Shown in pieces: positions 63,696 to 64,000 of a DNA stretch of 64,000 nucleotides (positions within the stretch are counted from its first letter, which is position 1; the number at the start of each line of letters is the position of its first letter). The notes under the pieces are model-generated. The model made no database searches, had not been told where the DNA came from, and saw only the letters and a list, made by a program, of their open reading frames with translations. This DNA is from the human T2T-CHM13v2.0 reference genome, Homo sapiens. The stretch is taken from assembly GCF_009914755.1 (NCBI RefSeq), contig NC_060943.1; one strand, 5' to 3'. Position numbers and translations under genes: made by a program.

Positions 63696-64000
63696 CTAGT
63701 GAGCTTTAAGTAAGGTAAGACATGTCAATTGCTTAGAACAATGCCTGGGAGAGGGTGAGTGCCCTTCAGCATTAGCTGAGTATTGTTATTTTAGTAGCAA
63801 GTGCCTGGAATCTAAACCCATCACCCCTTCCAGCCTGGGGGCCCTTGGTGAGCAGGAGCAGGTCTGAAGAGCACCTGGGTGTCTCACCTTGCTCAGCACA
63901 ATGAGGGGCGTTTGTTGACTGACTGACTGATGGACTGAAGGCAAGGCATCCTAGGTATCTGGTTCCCAGGGGAGACAGGCAAGGGCTCAAAGACGGCAAG

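Overview
Human (or great-ape-like) genomic DNA, very Alu-rich, recognisable as the 19q13.32 SLC1A5 locus. The complete SLC1A5/ASCT2 gene lies on the minus strand at about 715-14430. I traced all 8 coding exons with GT-AG boundaries; they total 1626 nt (541 aa + stop), and this haplotype encodes Leu512. A CpG-island promoter sits at about 13150-14750, and an intron-1 alternative start fits the short mitochondrial variant. The ~50 kb upstream has no credible protein-coding gene. It holds an HNRNPM processed pseudogene (35390-37991, +), a 5'-truncated HNRNPA1 processed pseudogene (51464-52944, -), a snaR Pol III RNA gene (SNAR-E-like, -) retroposed with an AluY in its tail, several ERV1/MaLR LTRs, a MER63-like DNA transposon and microsatellites. 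The least explained structure is a ~226-bp non-Alu inverted duplication (38756-38981 / 42161-42385, ~88% identical) bracketing 3.2 kb. I found no clearly new biological system. The best leads are that inverted duplication, the terminator-less snaR-AluY unit, a dual-use ATG/splice donor in SLC1A5, and a miR-137 site overlapping the poly(A) signal. Repeat family names and reference comparisons come from recall, not from a database search.
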